NCBI GenBank assembly: GCA_046754085.1
Contig: JBHHVE010000010.1
Location: 20,863-84,862, forward strand
Length of the DNA: 64,000 bases
Direction of reading: 5' to 3'
From: Leptospirillia bacterium
Lineage (GTDB): Bacteria; Nitrospirota; JACRHL01
Shown one piece after another: positions 52,445 through 61,383 of this stretch. A program made the translations under genes and the position numbers. The notes under the pieces are model-generated. The model made no database searches, was not told where the DNA came from, and saw only the letters and a list, made by a program, of their open reading frames with translations. Each line of letters opens with the position of its first letter. Position 1 is the first letter of the stretch.

Positions 52445-55141
52445 TCACGATTCCGTGGGCGCGTCCAGGTCGACGAGCATGGCGATGCTCTCCTTCAGGC
52501 GCTTCATATGGTCGGCCAGCTCCTCCCGGCGGGCGCGGTCTTTTTCCACCACCTCCGCGGGCGCCCTGGATACGAAGGCCTCATTCTGAAGCTTTTTGTC
52601 GATGCCGCCGAACTCTTTCTCGAGCTTTTCGAGCTGGCCCGAGAGGCGCGCGGTTTCCGCCGCCACGTCGATGCGGCCCGCCAGCGGCACGTACATCTCG
52701 CCGCCGGGAAACACTGCGGTGGCGCTGGCCCTGGGACGGGGTGTGTCGGTGCCCGCCTCGATTTCCGTGACCCGCGCCAGCCGCGCCAGATAGGCCCGGC
52801 ACTCGCCGATGTGGCGGGCGGTGTCCGGGGACTCGGTCTTGACGTGAACGTCCAGTTCCACCTTGGGGGGAATGTTCATGCTGCTGCGGATGGAGCGCAC
52901 CCCGGTGATGATGTTTTTCAGCACCTCGGCGACGGCAGTGGCCTCGGTATCGATGAGCGCGCCATCCCCCTGGGGGAACCCGGCAAGCATGATGGTGTCG
53001 CCATCGTGGGGCAACTCGGAGTGGATCTCCTCGGTGATGAACGGCATGAACGGGTGCAGAAGTTTGAGAATTCCGTCGAACACCCCGAGCAGCACGGCGC
53101 GGGTGGCGTCGGCGCGGGCCGGGTCGTTCAGCGCCGGTTTGGAGAACTCCAGATACCAGTCGCAGAACTCCCCCCAGGTGAAGTTGTAGAGGGCCTGACT
53201 GGCCAGATCGAAACGGAAGGCGTCGAGTTGCCGGTTGACCTCGATGGCGGTCTCCTGCAAGCGGCTGACGATCCAGCGGTCGGTGACCGAACCCGCCTTG
53301 GCGGCGGCGGCCAGATCGGCGGTGGCGCGGGTGCCCTGGGGCAGGTTCATGTCGATGAAACGGGCGGCGTTCCACAGCTTGTTGCAAAAGTTGCGGTAGC
53401 CGACGATGCGGTCTTCCGCAAGCCGGATGTCGCGCCCCGGACTGGCCATGGAGGCCAGGGTAAAGCGCAGGGCATCGGTGCCGTACTGATCGATGACCGT
53501 GAGCGGGTCCACCACGTTGCCTTTAGATTTACTCATTTTCTGGCCGTCGGAGTCCCGCACCAGGGCGTGTACGTAGACATCCCTGAACGGCACCTCGCCC
53601 ATGAACTTGATCCCCATCATGACCATGCGCGCCACCCAGAAAAACAGGATGTCGAAGGCGGTGATCAGGGTGGCGGTGGGGTAGTAGGTGGCCAGGTCAC
53701 GGGTCTTGTCCGGCCAGCCCATGGTGGAAAACGGCCACAGGGCGGAGGAGAACCAGGTGTCGAGCACGTCCGGATCCTGACGGATATCGGTGCCGCCGCA
53801 GCCGCCGCAGGCCACGGGGTCCTCGCGGCTCACGGTGACGTGGCCGCAGTCGCAGTGCCAGGCCGGGATCTGATGGCCCCACCAGATCTGGCGGCTGATG
53901 CACCAGTCGCGGATGTTCTCCATCCATTCGAAGTAGGTGTTCTTCCAGTTGTCCGGGTGGAAGCGGATGTCGCCGTTTTTCACGGCGGCGATGGCGGGCG
54001 CGGCCAAAGGCGCCACCTTGACGAACCACTGGGTGGAGATCATCGGCTCCACCACGGTCTTGCAGCGGTAACAGTGGCCGACCGCGTGGGTATGGATCTC
54101 CTTGTCCACCAGCAGCCCTTCGGCCTCCAGGTCCGCCACCAGCTTTTTGCGGCATTCCTCGCGGCTGAGACCGGCGTAGGGTCCGGCCTCCTGGTTCATG
54201 ATCGCGCGGGTGTCCATCACGCTGATGGTGGGCAGACCATGGGTTCTGCCCAGCTCGAAATCGTTGGGGTCGTGTCCTGGCGTTACTTTGAGGGCGCCGG
54301 TGCCGAACTCCATGTCCACGTAAGTGTCGGCGATGAGCTTCAGGCGGCGGCCGATCAGCGGCAGGATGACCTCCCCCCCCAACAGGTCGCGGTAGCGGTC
54401 GTCGTCCGGGTGCACCGCAACGGCGGTATCGCCCAGCAGGGTCTCCGGGCGGGTGGTGGCGATGACGAGCTCCCGGTCGGAGTCCGCCACCTTGTATTTG
54501 ATGTGGTAGAGGGCGCCTTCGGTATCCTCGTGTTCCACTTCCAGGTCCGACAGGGCGCTCTCGCAGCGCGGGCACCAGTTGACCAGATAGTTGCCCCGGT
54601 AGATCAGCCCCTCCTCATAGAGGGTGACGAACACCTCGCGCACGGCGCGGGACAGCCCCTCGTCCATGGTGAAGCGCTCCCGGCTCCAGTCGCAGGAGGA
54701 GCCGAGGCGGCGCAGTTGGCGCATGATGGCGCCGCCGGACTGCTCTTTCCACGACCATACCCGTTCGATGAAGGCGTCCCGGCCCATCTCCTTGCGGTCG
54801 ATGTTCTCATCCATGAGCTGGCGCTCGACCACGTTCTGGGTGGCGATACCCGCATGGTCGCAGCCGGGCAGCCACAGGGTGTCGTCGCCTTTCATGCGGC
54901 GCCAGCGGGTGAGGACATCCTGCAGGGTGTTGTTGAGGGCATGGCCCATGTGCAGGCTGCCGGTGACGTTGGGGGGCGGGATGACGATGGCGTATCCCGG
55001 CGCGCCGTCGTCCTTGCCGGCGGTGAAAAAGCCGTTTTCCTCCCAGTGCGGGTACCACTTGGCCTCGACCTCGTGGGGGCTGTACTGCTTGCCAAGGCGG
55101 GCGCTGCTGTCTTCCGGATTCTGTTGGTTGTCGTCGCTCAC
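52445..55141 (-). CDS. valS: Valine--tRNA ligase
   Basis: 898 aa, GTG start. HIGH motif (…PNVTGSLHMGHA…), KMSKS, C-terminal coiled-coil. The 1517-aa plus-strand track ORF 52343..56896 is its antisense shadow. Confidence 0.97.
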   Translation of the reverse strand: MSDDNQQNPEDSSARLGKQYSPHEVEAKWYPHWEENGFFTAGKDDGAPGYAIVIPPPNVTGSLHMGHALNNTLQDVLTRWRRMKGDDTLWLPGCDHAGIATQNVVERQLMDENIDRKEMGRDAFIERVWSWKEQSGGAIMRQLRRLGSSCDWSRERFTMDEGLSRAVREVFVTLYEEGLIYRGNYLVNWCPRCESALSDLEVEHEDTEGALYHIKYKVADSDRELVIATTRPETLLGDTAVAVHPDDDRYRDLLGGEVILPLIGRRLKLIADTYVDMEFGTGALKVTPGHDPNDFELGRTHGLPTISVMDTRAIMNQEAGPYAGLSREECRKKLVADLEAEGLLVDKEIHTHAVGHCYRCKTVVEPMISTQWFVKVAPLAAPAIAAVKNGDIRFHPDNWKNTYFEWMENIRDWCISRQIWWGHQIPAWHCDCGHVTVSREDPVACGGCGGTDIRQDPDVLDTWFSSALWPFSTMGWPDKTRDLATYYPTATLITAFDILFFWVARMVMMGIKFMGEVPFRDVYVHALVRDSDGQKMSKSKGNVVDPLTVIDQYGTDALRFTLASMASPGRDIRLAEDRIVGYRNFCNKLWNAARFIDMNLPQGTRATADLAAAAKAGSVTDRWIVSRLQETAIEVNRQLDAFRFDLASQALYNFTWGEFCDWYLEFSKPALNDPARADATRAVLLGVFDGILKLLHPFMPFITEEIHSELPHDGDTIMLAGFPQGDGALIDTEATAVAEVLKNIITGVRSIRSSMNIPPKVELDVHVKTESPDTARHIGECRAYLARLARVTEIEAGTDTPRPRASATAVFPGGEMYVPLAGRIDVAAETARLSGQLEKLEKEFGGIDKKLQNEAFVSRAPAEVVEKDRARREELADHMKRLKESIAMLVDLDAPTES

Positions 55142-55261
55142 GGGTGTTCTACCAATCCGGCATGCCGGACGGCCTTCGGGTCCATTGCAAAAGGAAAAAC
55201 AGCAATTTTACGGAAACAGGGGGCGCTGCGCCTAACGGAAAAACCGGACCGTTTCAGGAAA

Positions 55262-56161
55262 TCAGCTTTCTCCGGGTTCGGAGAGCCGCTGGATCTCGCT
55301 GGTGACGCCACGTTCGGCGATGGTGGGGACAGTTTCCCACACTACCCGCTCGACGATGCGGCTGAACAGTTTGTCCTGTTCTGCGCGGCTTTCAGAGAGG
55401 ACCTTGGCGACCATGTGCGGGACGGTTTCCCACACCACCCGCTCCACTACTTCGCGGGCGATACCGGTGACGATTTCCTCCACCCGTTCGGGGGGCAGCC
55501 CGCCGAAGTCAATGGGCACGGCGGGAGCGGATTCCGGGGCCGGGGTTGTCGGCTGTGCTGCCGCCCGGGGGGCTTTGTCGTCACCATCGATCGACTCGAT
55601 GCGGGTGGTGAGGGTGTCCCCCAGCGCGTCCCCGTCCGGGGCCTCCGGGGCGTTGGGGGGCAGGGTGGTGGCCTCTTCCTCGGTAAAAATGCCCAGATTC
55701 ACCGGATCCTCATCATCCTCGTCACCCTCGGCCCAGCCGAGCATGCGTTCCATCTCGACGATTTCCTCGCTGCCCTCCTTGAGGGAGTCCGGCAGCCAGG
55801 ACAGGGATGGGGACGGTTCGGCGGGGCCCAGATGGGTCCGCACGGCGCGGACCAGGGCCTGGGTATCGATGGGAGTGGGCAGTGCCTCGCGCAGGGGCAC
55901 GGTGCCCTTGTCGGTGGTGCCAAGCAGCACGATGGGTATCGCCTTGAGTTTTTCTTCAGTCTCTTTCCACCACCCGGCGAGGGCGTTCTGTTCGACGGTG
56001 TCGGACAGCAGCAGCATGTCACAGCCGTGATCGTTGAGCGCGGCATGGCCATCTTCCAGAGAGTGAGTGGTGGTGACCACGTACCCCTCCCGGGAAAGGG
56101 TGGTGTTTACCAGAGTGCTCTCCGCAAGGTTTTCGTCAATCAGGAGGATATTCAGTGGCAT
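55262..56161 (-). CDS. Receiver-domain protein with acidic/Pro-rich disordered linker and tandemly repeated C-terminal helical motif (RomR-like architecture, function unknown)
   Basis: Trimmed to MPLNILLIDEN…MLLLSD (receiver with Asp) at 56161. Acidic linker (EGDEDDEDP…). Two ~25-aa repeats containing VERVVWETVP. Confidence 0.7.
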   Translation of the reverse strand: MPLNILLIDENLAESTLVNTTLSREGYVVTTTHSLEDGHAALNDHGCDMLLLSDTVEQNALAGWWKETEEKLKAIPIVLLGTTDKGTVPLREALPTPIDTQALVRAVRTHLGPAEPSPSLSWLPDSLKEGSEEIVEMERMLGWAEGDEDDEDPVNLGIFTEEEATTLPPNAPEAPDGDALGDTLTTRIESIDGDDKAPRAAAQPTTPAPESAPAVPIDFGGLPPERVEEIVTGIAREVVERVVWETVPHMVAKVLSESRAEQDKLFSRIVERVVWETVPTIAERGVTSEIQRLSEPGES

Positions 56162-56228
56162 GCAGATCTCATCACGGGGGGCGGGCCCCAAGCGGGTCGC
56201 AACCTATCACCCGGACATGGAAAAGGTC

Positions 56229-56262
56229 AAGGTTCGACCATCTCTAAGGTTCGACCATCTCT
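56229..56262. repeat. Perfect 17-bp tandem duplication (AAGGTTCGACCATCTCT x2) spanning the stop codon of the secreted TPR gene
   Basis: Copy 1 at 56229-56245 contains the last codons (…MVEP) and the TAG stop. Copy 2 at 56246-56262 follows immediately. Confidence 0.8.
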
Positions 56263-56921
56263 GAAGTCAGCCGGTCCAAGGTCTTTCTGGCGTCGTCGGC
56301 GTGTTCCCCCTGCGGGTCCATGGCCAGCAGGCGCTGGTACAGGGAGCGGGCGGCTTTTTTCTCTCCCAGCCGCTCCTCAAGGATGGCCAGGTAGTACAAC
56401 TCCGAGGGTTGCGGCGGTATCCCGGCGTGGTCCGCATGCTCGATCAGCCAGCCATATTCCGCGGTGGCGGCGTAGTAGGACCCCTCGCGCAGAAACGAGT
56501 GGGCCAGCCTGCGGTGGGCGGTGGTGTAGTCGGGCTTTAAGCGGATGGCGGCGATCAGGGCATCGCGTTCCTGACGGGCGTGGCCCATTTCCCGGTAGAT
56601 GCGCGCCAGATTCAGGTGCACGGCCGGGTTTTCCGGGTACAGCGTTCGCAGAATCTGGAAGGCGGCGAAGGCCTCGTCCCTGCGTTCCGCGCCCAGGTAG
56701 GAAACCCCCAGGTTATAGAGCACCGGCGCTCGGAACGGAAATTGCGCGGCCACTTCCCGGAACGCGGCTGCGGCGTCGTCGTAACGGTGTTCGGAAAGGG
56801 CGGCCACACCCGCGTCAAAGCGTGCGTCGGCGTCGGCCTGGGGCGTTTCGGCACGGGCCGTGGGCAGTGCCGCCAAAAGGACTATCAAGCCGGTAACCCA
56901 TGTGGCCAGGAGCGTCTTCAC
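56244..56921 (-). CDS. Secreted TPR-repeat protein
   Basis: Signal peptide MKTLLATWVTGLIVLLAALPTARA, then 4-5 TPR-like repeats (…YNLGVSYLGAERRDEAFAAF…). 4-nt overlap with the upstream gene. Confidence 0.65.
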   Translation of the reverse strand: MKTLLATWVTGLIVLLAALPTARAETPQADADARFDAGVAALSEHRYDDAAAAFREVAAQFPFRAPVLYNLGVSYLGAERRDEAFAAFQILRTLYPENPAVHLNLARIYREMGHARQERDALIAAIRLKPDYTTAHRRLAHSFLREGSYYAATAEYGWLIEHADHAGIPPQPSELYYLAILEERLGEKKAARSLYQRLLAMDPQGEHADDARKTLDRLTSEMVEP

Positions 56922-57823
56922 CGGGTGGTCTCCCCCATGGACAGGAGCTCGGTTTCCTCGCGGTCGGCGCGGGCTTCCAGGCCGGCGGCCTGGTGCAGGT
57001 AGGCCGCAAGCAGGCCCCGGAGCCGGGTGACCTCTGCCGAAACATACGCGATGCGGGCGTCGAGCTTTTCCTGTGCCATGCTGACCAAGGTGCCGGATAT
57101 ACCCGCCGAGATCAGGGTTTCCAGGGTATCCCGCTCCGTCTGTAGCCGGACCAGTTCCCCCGCTTGTGCGGTGCCGTTCCAGCGCACCCGGTCGCTGATG
57201 TCCCGGACGATTTGAGCCGCGACCCGGAGTTCGTCCGGGGTCTCGTTGCCGGAGAAGGTCATCTCCGGGCGCGACGGCAGGAGGGGACGCGTTTTGCCGG
57301 CCTTTGCGGGGTCTTCCGGGGTGACCATGATCAGGTATCCAAAGGCTTCGGTGAAATGGGCCATGGCGGCTTCGTGATCCCCCGCATGGGTTGCCGCCTC
57401 ACCTTTTTCCATCAGGCTCCGGGCGTACCGGTTGGCGGCTTGCGTCAAAGAGACCTGCCGGGTTTTCAGGGTGGTGGCGAGAATTTTCCGGACCTGATCC
57501 AGGTTGCGCCTCAAGGTGACGACCCGGTGCAGATTTTTCAGGGCGTCCTGCAATTGTGCGTCACGCACCACCCCGGCGGCGGCTCGCTTCAGGTCCTTGA
57601 CCTGTTCCGCCAGTTGGGCTTCCCGGTCCACCAGTTGGCGGAGCTTGTCCTGTGCCTGCTCCAGATTCTGTCGAATCTCCTGGGTTTCGCGGGAGAGGTT
57701 TTTGATCTTTTCAATATCGCCGATCGCCACTGCGTGGGGAGGGCAGAAGCCGCCGCCGAGCACGGCAAGCAGGGCGGCCATGACCATGCCCGAAAAGATG
57801 GGATGGCGGGGGTTGGGTGTCAT
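56918..57823 (-). CDS. Hypothetical secreted coiled-coil protein
   Basis: N-terminal hydrophobic segment then long heptad-rich helices (…IRQNLEQAQDKLRQLVDREAQLAEQVKDLKRAA…). 4-nt overlaps with the response regulator upstream and the TPR gene downstream. Confidence 0.55.
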   Translation of the reverse strand: MTPNPRHPIFSGMVMAALLAVLGGGFCPPHAVAIGDIEKIKNLSRETQEIRQNLEQAQDKLRQLVDREAQLAEQVKDLKRAAAGVVRDAQLQDALKNLHRVVTLRRNLDQVRKILATTLKTRQVSLTQAANRYARSLMEKGEAATHAGDHEAAMAHFTEAFGYLIMVTPEDPAKAGKTRPLLPSRPEMTFSGNETPDELRVAAQIVRDISDRVRWNGTAQAGELVRLQTERDTLETLISAGISGTLVSMAQEKLDARIAYVSAEVTRLRGLLAAYLHQAAGLEARADREETELLSMGETTR

Positions 57824-59220
57824 TCGTCCTCGCCGCTGGTCAGGCCGTGCTTTTTCATCTTGTATTGCAGCGAACTGCGCTTGAGGCCCAGGGCCTGAGC
57901 CACCTTGGTCTGGTTCCAGCGGAACCGTTCCAGCGACTCCTGGATGATGGCCTTTTCCAGGGTGTCGAGCCGTCCCGTCAGGTCGGTGGGGGCGTCCGGG
58001 GTGGCATCGGCCACGCTTGGCATGGCGGTGGAGACGGTGGCCGCCTGGGCTTTCCCCCCGGCGTAATCGACCAGATCTCTCGGCAGGTCGTCGACGGTCA
58101 AGCGGTCACCGTCGGTCAACACCACGGCCCGTTCGATCACGTTTTGCAGTTCGCGGATGTTGCCGGGCCAGCCGTAGTGCACCAGCCTGTCGGTGACCTC
58201 GGCGGTGAGACGCACGTTCTTGGCCATCTCGGCACTGTAGCGGGCAATGAAATGCTCGGCCAGGAGCGGGATGTCCTCGACCCGCTCACTGAGGGCCGGC
58301 AACTCGATGGAAATGACGTTAAGCCGGTAGTAAAGGTCCTCGCGGAACAGACCTTCGCTGATCAGCTGTTTCAGATTGCGGTGGGTGGCGGCCACGATCC
58401 GCACGTCCACCCGGATGGTCTTGGCGCCGCCGACCCGCTCGAACTCCTTTTCCTGCAGGAAGCGCAGCAGCTTGACCTGGATGGAGGGGGAGAGCTCGCC
58501 AATCTCGTCCAGAAACAGGGTGCCGCCATCGGCCAGCTCGAAGCGGCCTTTGCGCAGCCCCGCGGCGCCGGTGTAGGCGCCCTTTTCGTGGCCGAACAAT
58601 TCGCTTTCCAGCACCCCCTCGGAAAGGGCGGCGCAGTTGATTGCGATAAACGGGTGGCCGGAACGGTTGCTGCGCCGGTGGATTTCCCTCGCCACCAGTT
58701 CCTTGCCGGTGCCGGACTCGCCCAGCACCAGCACCGGGGAGGCGGTGGCCCCCACCTTGTCGATCAGCTTCTGCACTTTGTCCATGGCCGGACCCTGGCC
58801 GATCATCGGGCCGGAGCGGCGGTCGTCCTCCTCCTTGAAATAGCGCACCTCGCCGCTGAGTTGGTGGCGATCCAGGGCGCGTTCCACCTTGAGGTCGAAC
58901 TCGTCCAGGGGGAAGGGTTTGAGGATGTAGTCAAAGGCGCCGTAGCGCATGGCCTCCACGGCATTTTCCACGGTGCCGAAGGCGGTCATGACGATGACCT
59001 CTGTCTCCGGGGACGATTTTTTGACCTCTTTTAACACCTCCAGCCCGTCCTTGCCGGGCATGCGCAGGTCGGTGACCACCAGGTCAAAGCCGGTGGGGAC
59101 CAGTTCCGCGGCGGCGTTGCCGTCCGTGACCGGGGTGACGTCGTGACCCTTGCCTTCGAGGGCCTGGGTCAGCATCTCCCGCATGGCGTTGTTGTCGTCT
59201 GCAATCAGAATTCGTTTCAT
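57820..59220 (-). CDS. Sigma-54-dependent response regulator (NtrC/AtoC family)
   Basis: Trimmed to [17 protein letters not shown]…[12 protein letters not shown] at 59220. AAA+ GESGTGKE…GAYTGA…GGTLFLDE. C-terminal HTH. 4-nt overlap with the kinase gene. Confidence 0.9.
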   Translation of the reverse strand: MKRILIADDNNAMREMLTQALEGKGHDVTPVTDGNAAAELVPTGFDLVVTDLRMPGKDGLEVLKEVKKSSPETEVIVMTAFGTVENAVEAMRYGAFDYILKPFPLDEFDLKVERALDRHQLSGEVRYFKEEDDRRSGPMIGQGPAMDKVQKLIDKVGATASPVLVLGESGTGKELVAREIHRRSNRSGHPFIAINCAALSEGVLESELFGHEKGAYTGAAGLRKGRFELADGGTLFLDEIGELSPSIQVKLLRFLQEKEFERVGGAKTIRVDVRIVAATHRNLKQLISEGLFREDLYYRLNVISIELPALSERVEDIPLLAEHFIARYSAEMAKNVRLTAEVTDRLVHYGWPGNIRELQNVIERAVVLTDGDRLTVDDLPRDLVDYAGGKAQAATVSTAMPSVADATPDAPTDLTGRLDTLEKAIIQESLERFRWNQTKVAQALGLKRSSLQYKMKKHGLTSGEDE

Positions 59221-61208
59221 GGGGTATCCGTCACCCGGGTATCCGGTGAGAGTTGTTTGTTGGCGTCGATGCCCGGGAACCACAGGGTAAAGCGCGCCCC
59301 CCGCTGTTTCCGGTTTTCGACACGGATTTCACCGCCGTGGCCTTCCACCACCTTGTTGGCGATGGGCAGCCCCAGTCCGGTGCCTTCGGCACGGGTGGTG
59401 AAGAACGGGTTGAACATCTTGTCGCGCACCTCATCGGGAATGCCGGGGCCGGTGTCGGCCACCTGAAATGCCACGCCGCCACGCTCCCTGCCCGCAGTCA
59501 GCAGAATTTCTCCACCGTCCTCGCCCATCACCACCACCGCGTTCTGGATGATGTTGATCAGCGCCTGCCGTACCTGGGCCGGGTCCACGTACAGGGGGGG
59601 CAGGCCCGGTTCGACCTCCAGGGTCACGGTCACCGGGCTTTTGCTCCCTTCCGGGATGGCCAGTGAGCGGGCATCGGTCAGCAATTTTTCGGCGTCGATG
59701 GTTTCCGGGTTCAGGGACGGCTCGCGGGCGAATGCGAGGAAGTCGGTGACGATGTGATTGAGCACCCCCACCTCCCTCAGGATTGATTCGATGGTACGGA
59801 GGGCGGACGGGTCGTCCACCTTGCGGCCCAACAGTTCGACAAATCCGCGGATTGCCCCCAAGGGGTTCCTGATCTCGTGGGCAATACCGGCGGACAACTC
59901 GCCCAGGGCGGCCAGGCGCTCGGCGATCTGCACCTGATCGTGCAGTTGGGAGAGCGCGGTTCGGTCCGAAAAAATGCTCATGGCCCCCACCTGCTGCCCG
60001 CTCCGGTCGGACAGGGGAAAGGCGCTGATGCCGAGCACCCGCTCGTCTCCGTCCGGGTGCATCCAGCGCACATCCGTGTGCAGGGTCAGCTTCTGGTCTT
60101 TCAAGCTGTGGAGCAGGGCGGTGCCCACCGGGTTTCCCTTTCCCAGGGCCTCCTCCGCCAGGGGCGGGATGCCGGTGTCCGGAAACGGGTAACCGGCGAT
60201 TGGCATGATGCGGGCCGCCGCCGGGTTGCACAGCAGCACCCGCCCGGACAGGTTGACCGCAATCACTCCGTTGGGGATGCCATCCAGCATCAGGTCCGAC
60301 AGCCCCTGAATACGTTCGGCGCGTTCTTTTTCAATCTGGTAGAGCCGGGTCAGCTCGGCGTCCTTTTCCTCCAGCCGTCTGGACATGGCGTTGAACGATT
60401 CGGTCAGGTAGCCCACCTCGTCGTGGGTGGTGACCTCCACGGTGGGGTAGCTGCCCTCCTTCTGCATCTTTGAGAACGCGGACACCAGCCGCCCCACCGG
60501 CCCGACGATGGAGCGGGACACCACCAGACTGATCACCACGCTCATGGTGATGGCGGCCAGCACCAGGTAGAGCACATTCTGGCGCAGGTGATGAACGGTG
60601 GAGAGAAAGCCCGCACCGGCCTCCACTCCCGCTACGGCGATCACGTTTCCGTCGCTGTTCAACACCGGCGCGTAGGCGCTTTTATAGAGCGCCCCCTCAT
60701 CGTCCTCGTACAGGATCGAGGCCGTGGTTTCGCCACCCCAGACCCGGTCCAGCTCTACCGTGTCCAGCTTAAGCTTGTGGTATTCCGCACCGATCGGGAT
60801 TTCCTCATCGACATCCAGAATCACGCGCCCCTGCCGGTCCACCACGAACACGTCCTCCACGCCGGTGCCGGCCAGGTATCCGGACAACTGGGAAATGAGG
60901 ATGCGATACAGGCGGGTGGACTCGTCACCGGGTTGCAGGCGCGCCAGGTAGTCCGGCTTTAACTCTCCGGCGACGACGCTGGCGTAGCCGGTCAGGCGGG
61001 TGGAGAGTGACTCGTCGAGGGAGGATACGGCGGTTCGAAGAAAGAACCAGCCGGCGATGGAAAAAGCGGCGACGATCAAGAGCGCATACGGCACCAGCAG
61101 CCGGTTTAGCAGGCGGCTGGTAAAGCGTCCCGGTGGTCTGCCCCCTTCCTGTTCGGGGTTCCCGTCCCGGGAGGGGGGCGGCTGGGGTGGATGCGGCGGT
61201 TGACCCAT
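59217..61208 (-). CDS. Sensor histidine kinase (periplasmic sensor domain-TM-HAMP-PAS-HisKA-HATPase_c)
   Basis: Trimmed to Met at 61208. TM helix, ~180-aa periplasmic domain, second TM, HAMP, PAS-like region, H-box ELSAGIAHEIRNPL, N/G1/G2 boxes (…IIQNAV…VADTGPGIP…GTGLGL). Confidence 0.9.
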   Translation of the reverse strand: MGQPPHPPQPPPSRDGNPEQEGGRPPGRFTSRLLNRLLVPYALLIVAAFSIAGWFFLRTAVSSLDESLSTRLTGYASVVAGELKPDYLARLQPGDESTRLYRILISQLSGYLAGTGVEDVFVVDRQGRVILDVDEEIPIGAEYHKLKLDTVELDRVWGGETTASILYEDDEGALYKSAYAPVLNSDGNVIAVAGVEAGAGFLSTVHHLRQNVLYLVLAAITMSVVISLVVSRSIVGPVGRLVSAFSKMQKEGSYPTVEVTTHDEVGYLTESFNAMSRRLEEKDAELTRLYQIEKERAERIQGLSDLMLDGIPNGVIAVNLSGRVLLCNPAAARIMPIAGYPFPDTGIPPLAEEALGKGNPVGTALLHSLKDQKLTLHTDVRWMHPDGDERVLGISAFPLSDRSGQQVGAMSIFSDRTALSQLHDQVQIAERLAALGELSAGIAHEIRNPLGAIRGFVELLGRKVDDPSALRTIESILREVGVLNHIVTDFLAFAREPSLNPETIDAEKLLTDARSLAIPEGSKSPVTVTLEVEPGLPPLYVDPAQVRQALINIIQNAVVVMGEDGGEILLTAGRERGGVAFQVADTGPGIPDEVRDKMFNPFFTTRAEGTGLGLPIANKVVEGHGGEIRVENRKQRGARFTLWFPGIDANKQLSPDTRVTDTP

Positions 61209-61346
61209 TGTGGTCCCTAGGATAGAGAGGAACGTGGGCGGTGCCAAATTTTCGGCGAAGAAGGCGGACCGGTACGGGGAAATCGCCCTGTGATTTCCTC
61301 CTGTCCCGGGTGAGGAACGTCTCCTGGCAATGTTCGGTTTCGGGGT

Positions 61347-61372
61347 GAAAATACCCGGAAAGGGGTATTTTC
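61347..61372. promoter_or_regulatory. Perfect 10-bp inverted repeat GAAAATACCC-ggaaag-GGGTATTTTC
   Basis: AT-rich perfect palindromic arms in the 175-bp spacer between the PpiD-like gene 3' end and the HK-RR operon 5' end. No flanking U-tract on either strand. Confidence 0.4.
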
Positions 61373-61383
61373 ATTCGTGCCGG

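Noticed and set aside
52343-56896. 1517-aa plus-strand ORF spanning 4.5 kb
   Set aside because: It is antisense to valS, the REC-repeat gene and the TPR gene, whose products have unambiguous motifs. Its translation is low-complexity (Gly/Arg/Ala/Pro rich) with no motifs. This is a typical stop-codon-poor shadow ORF of ~65% GC DNA. The same reasoning applies to most other plus-strand track ORFs between 1 and 40 kb, and to the minus-strand shadows over amt, ligA and rimO.
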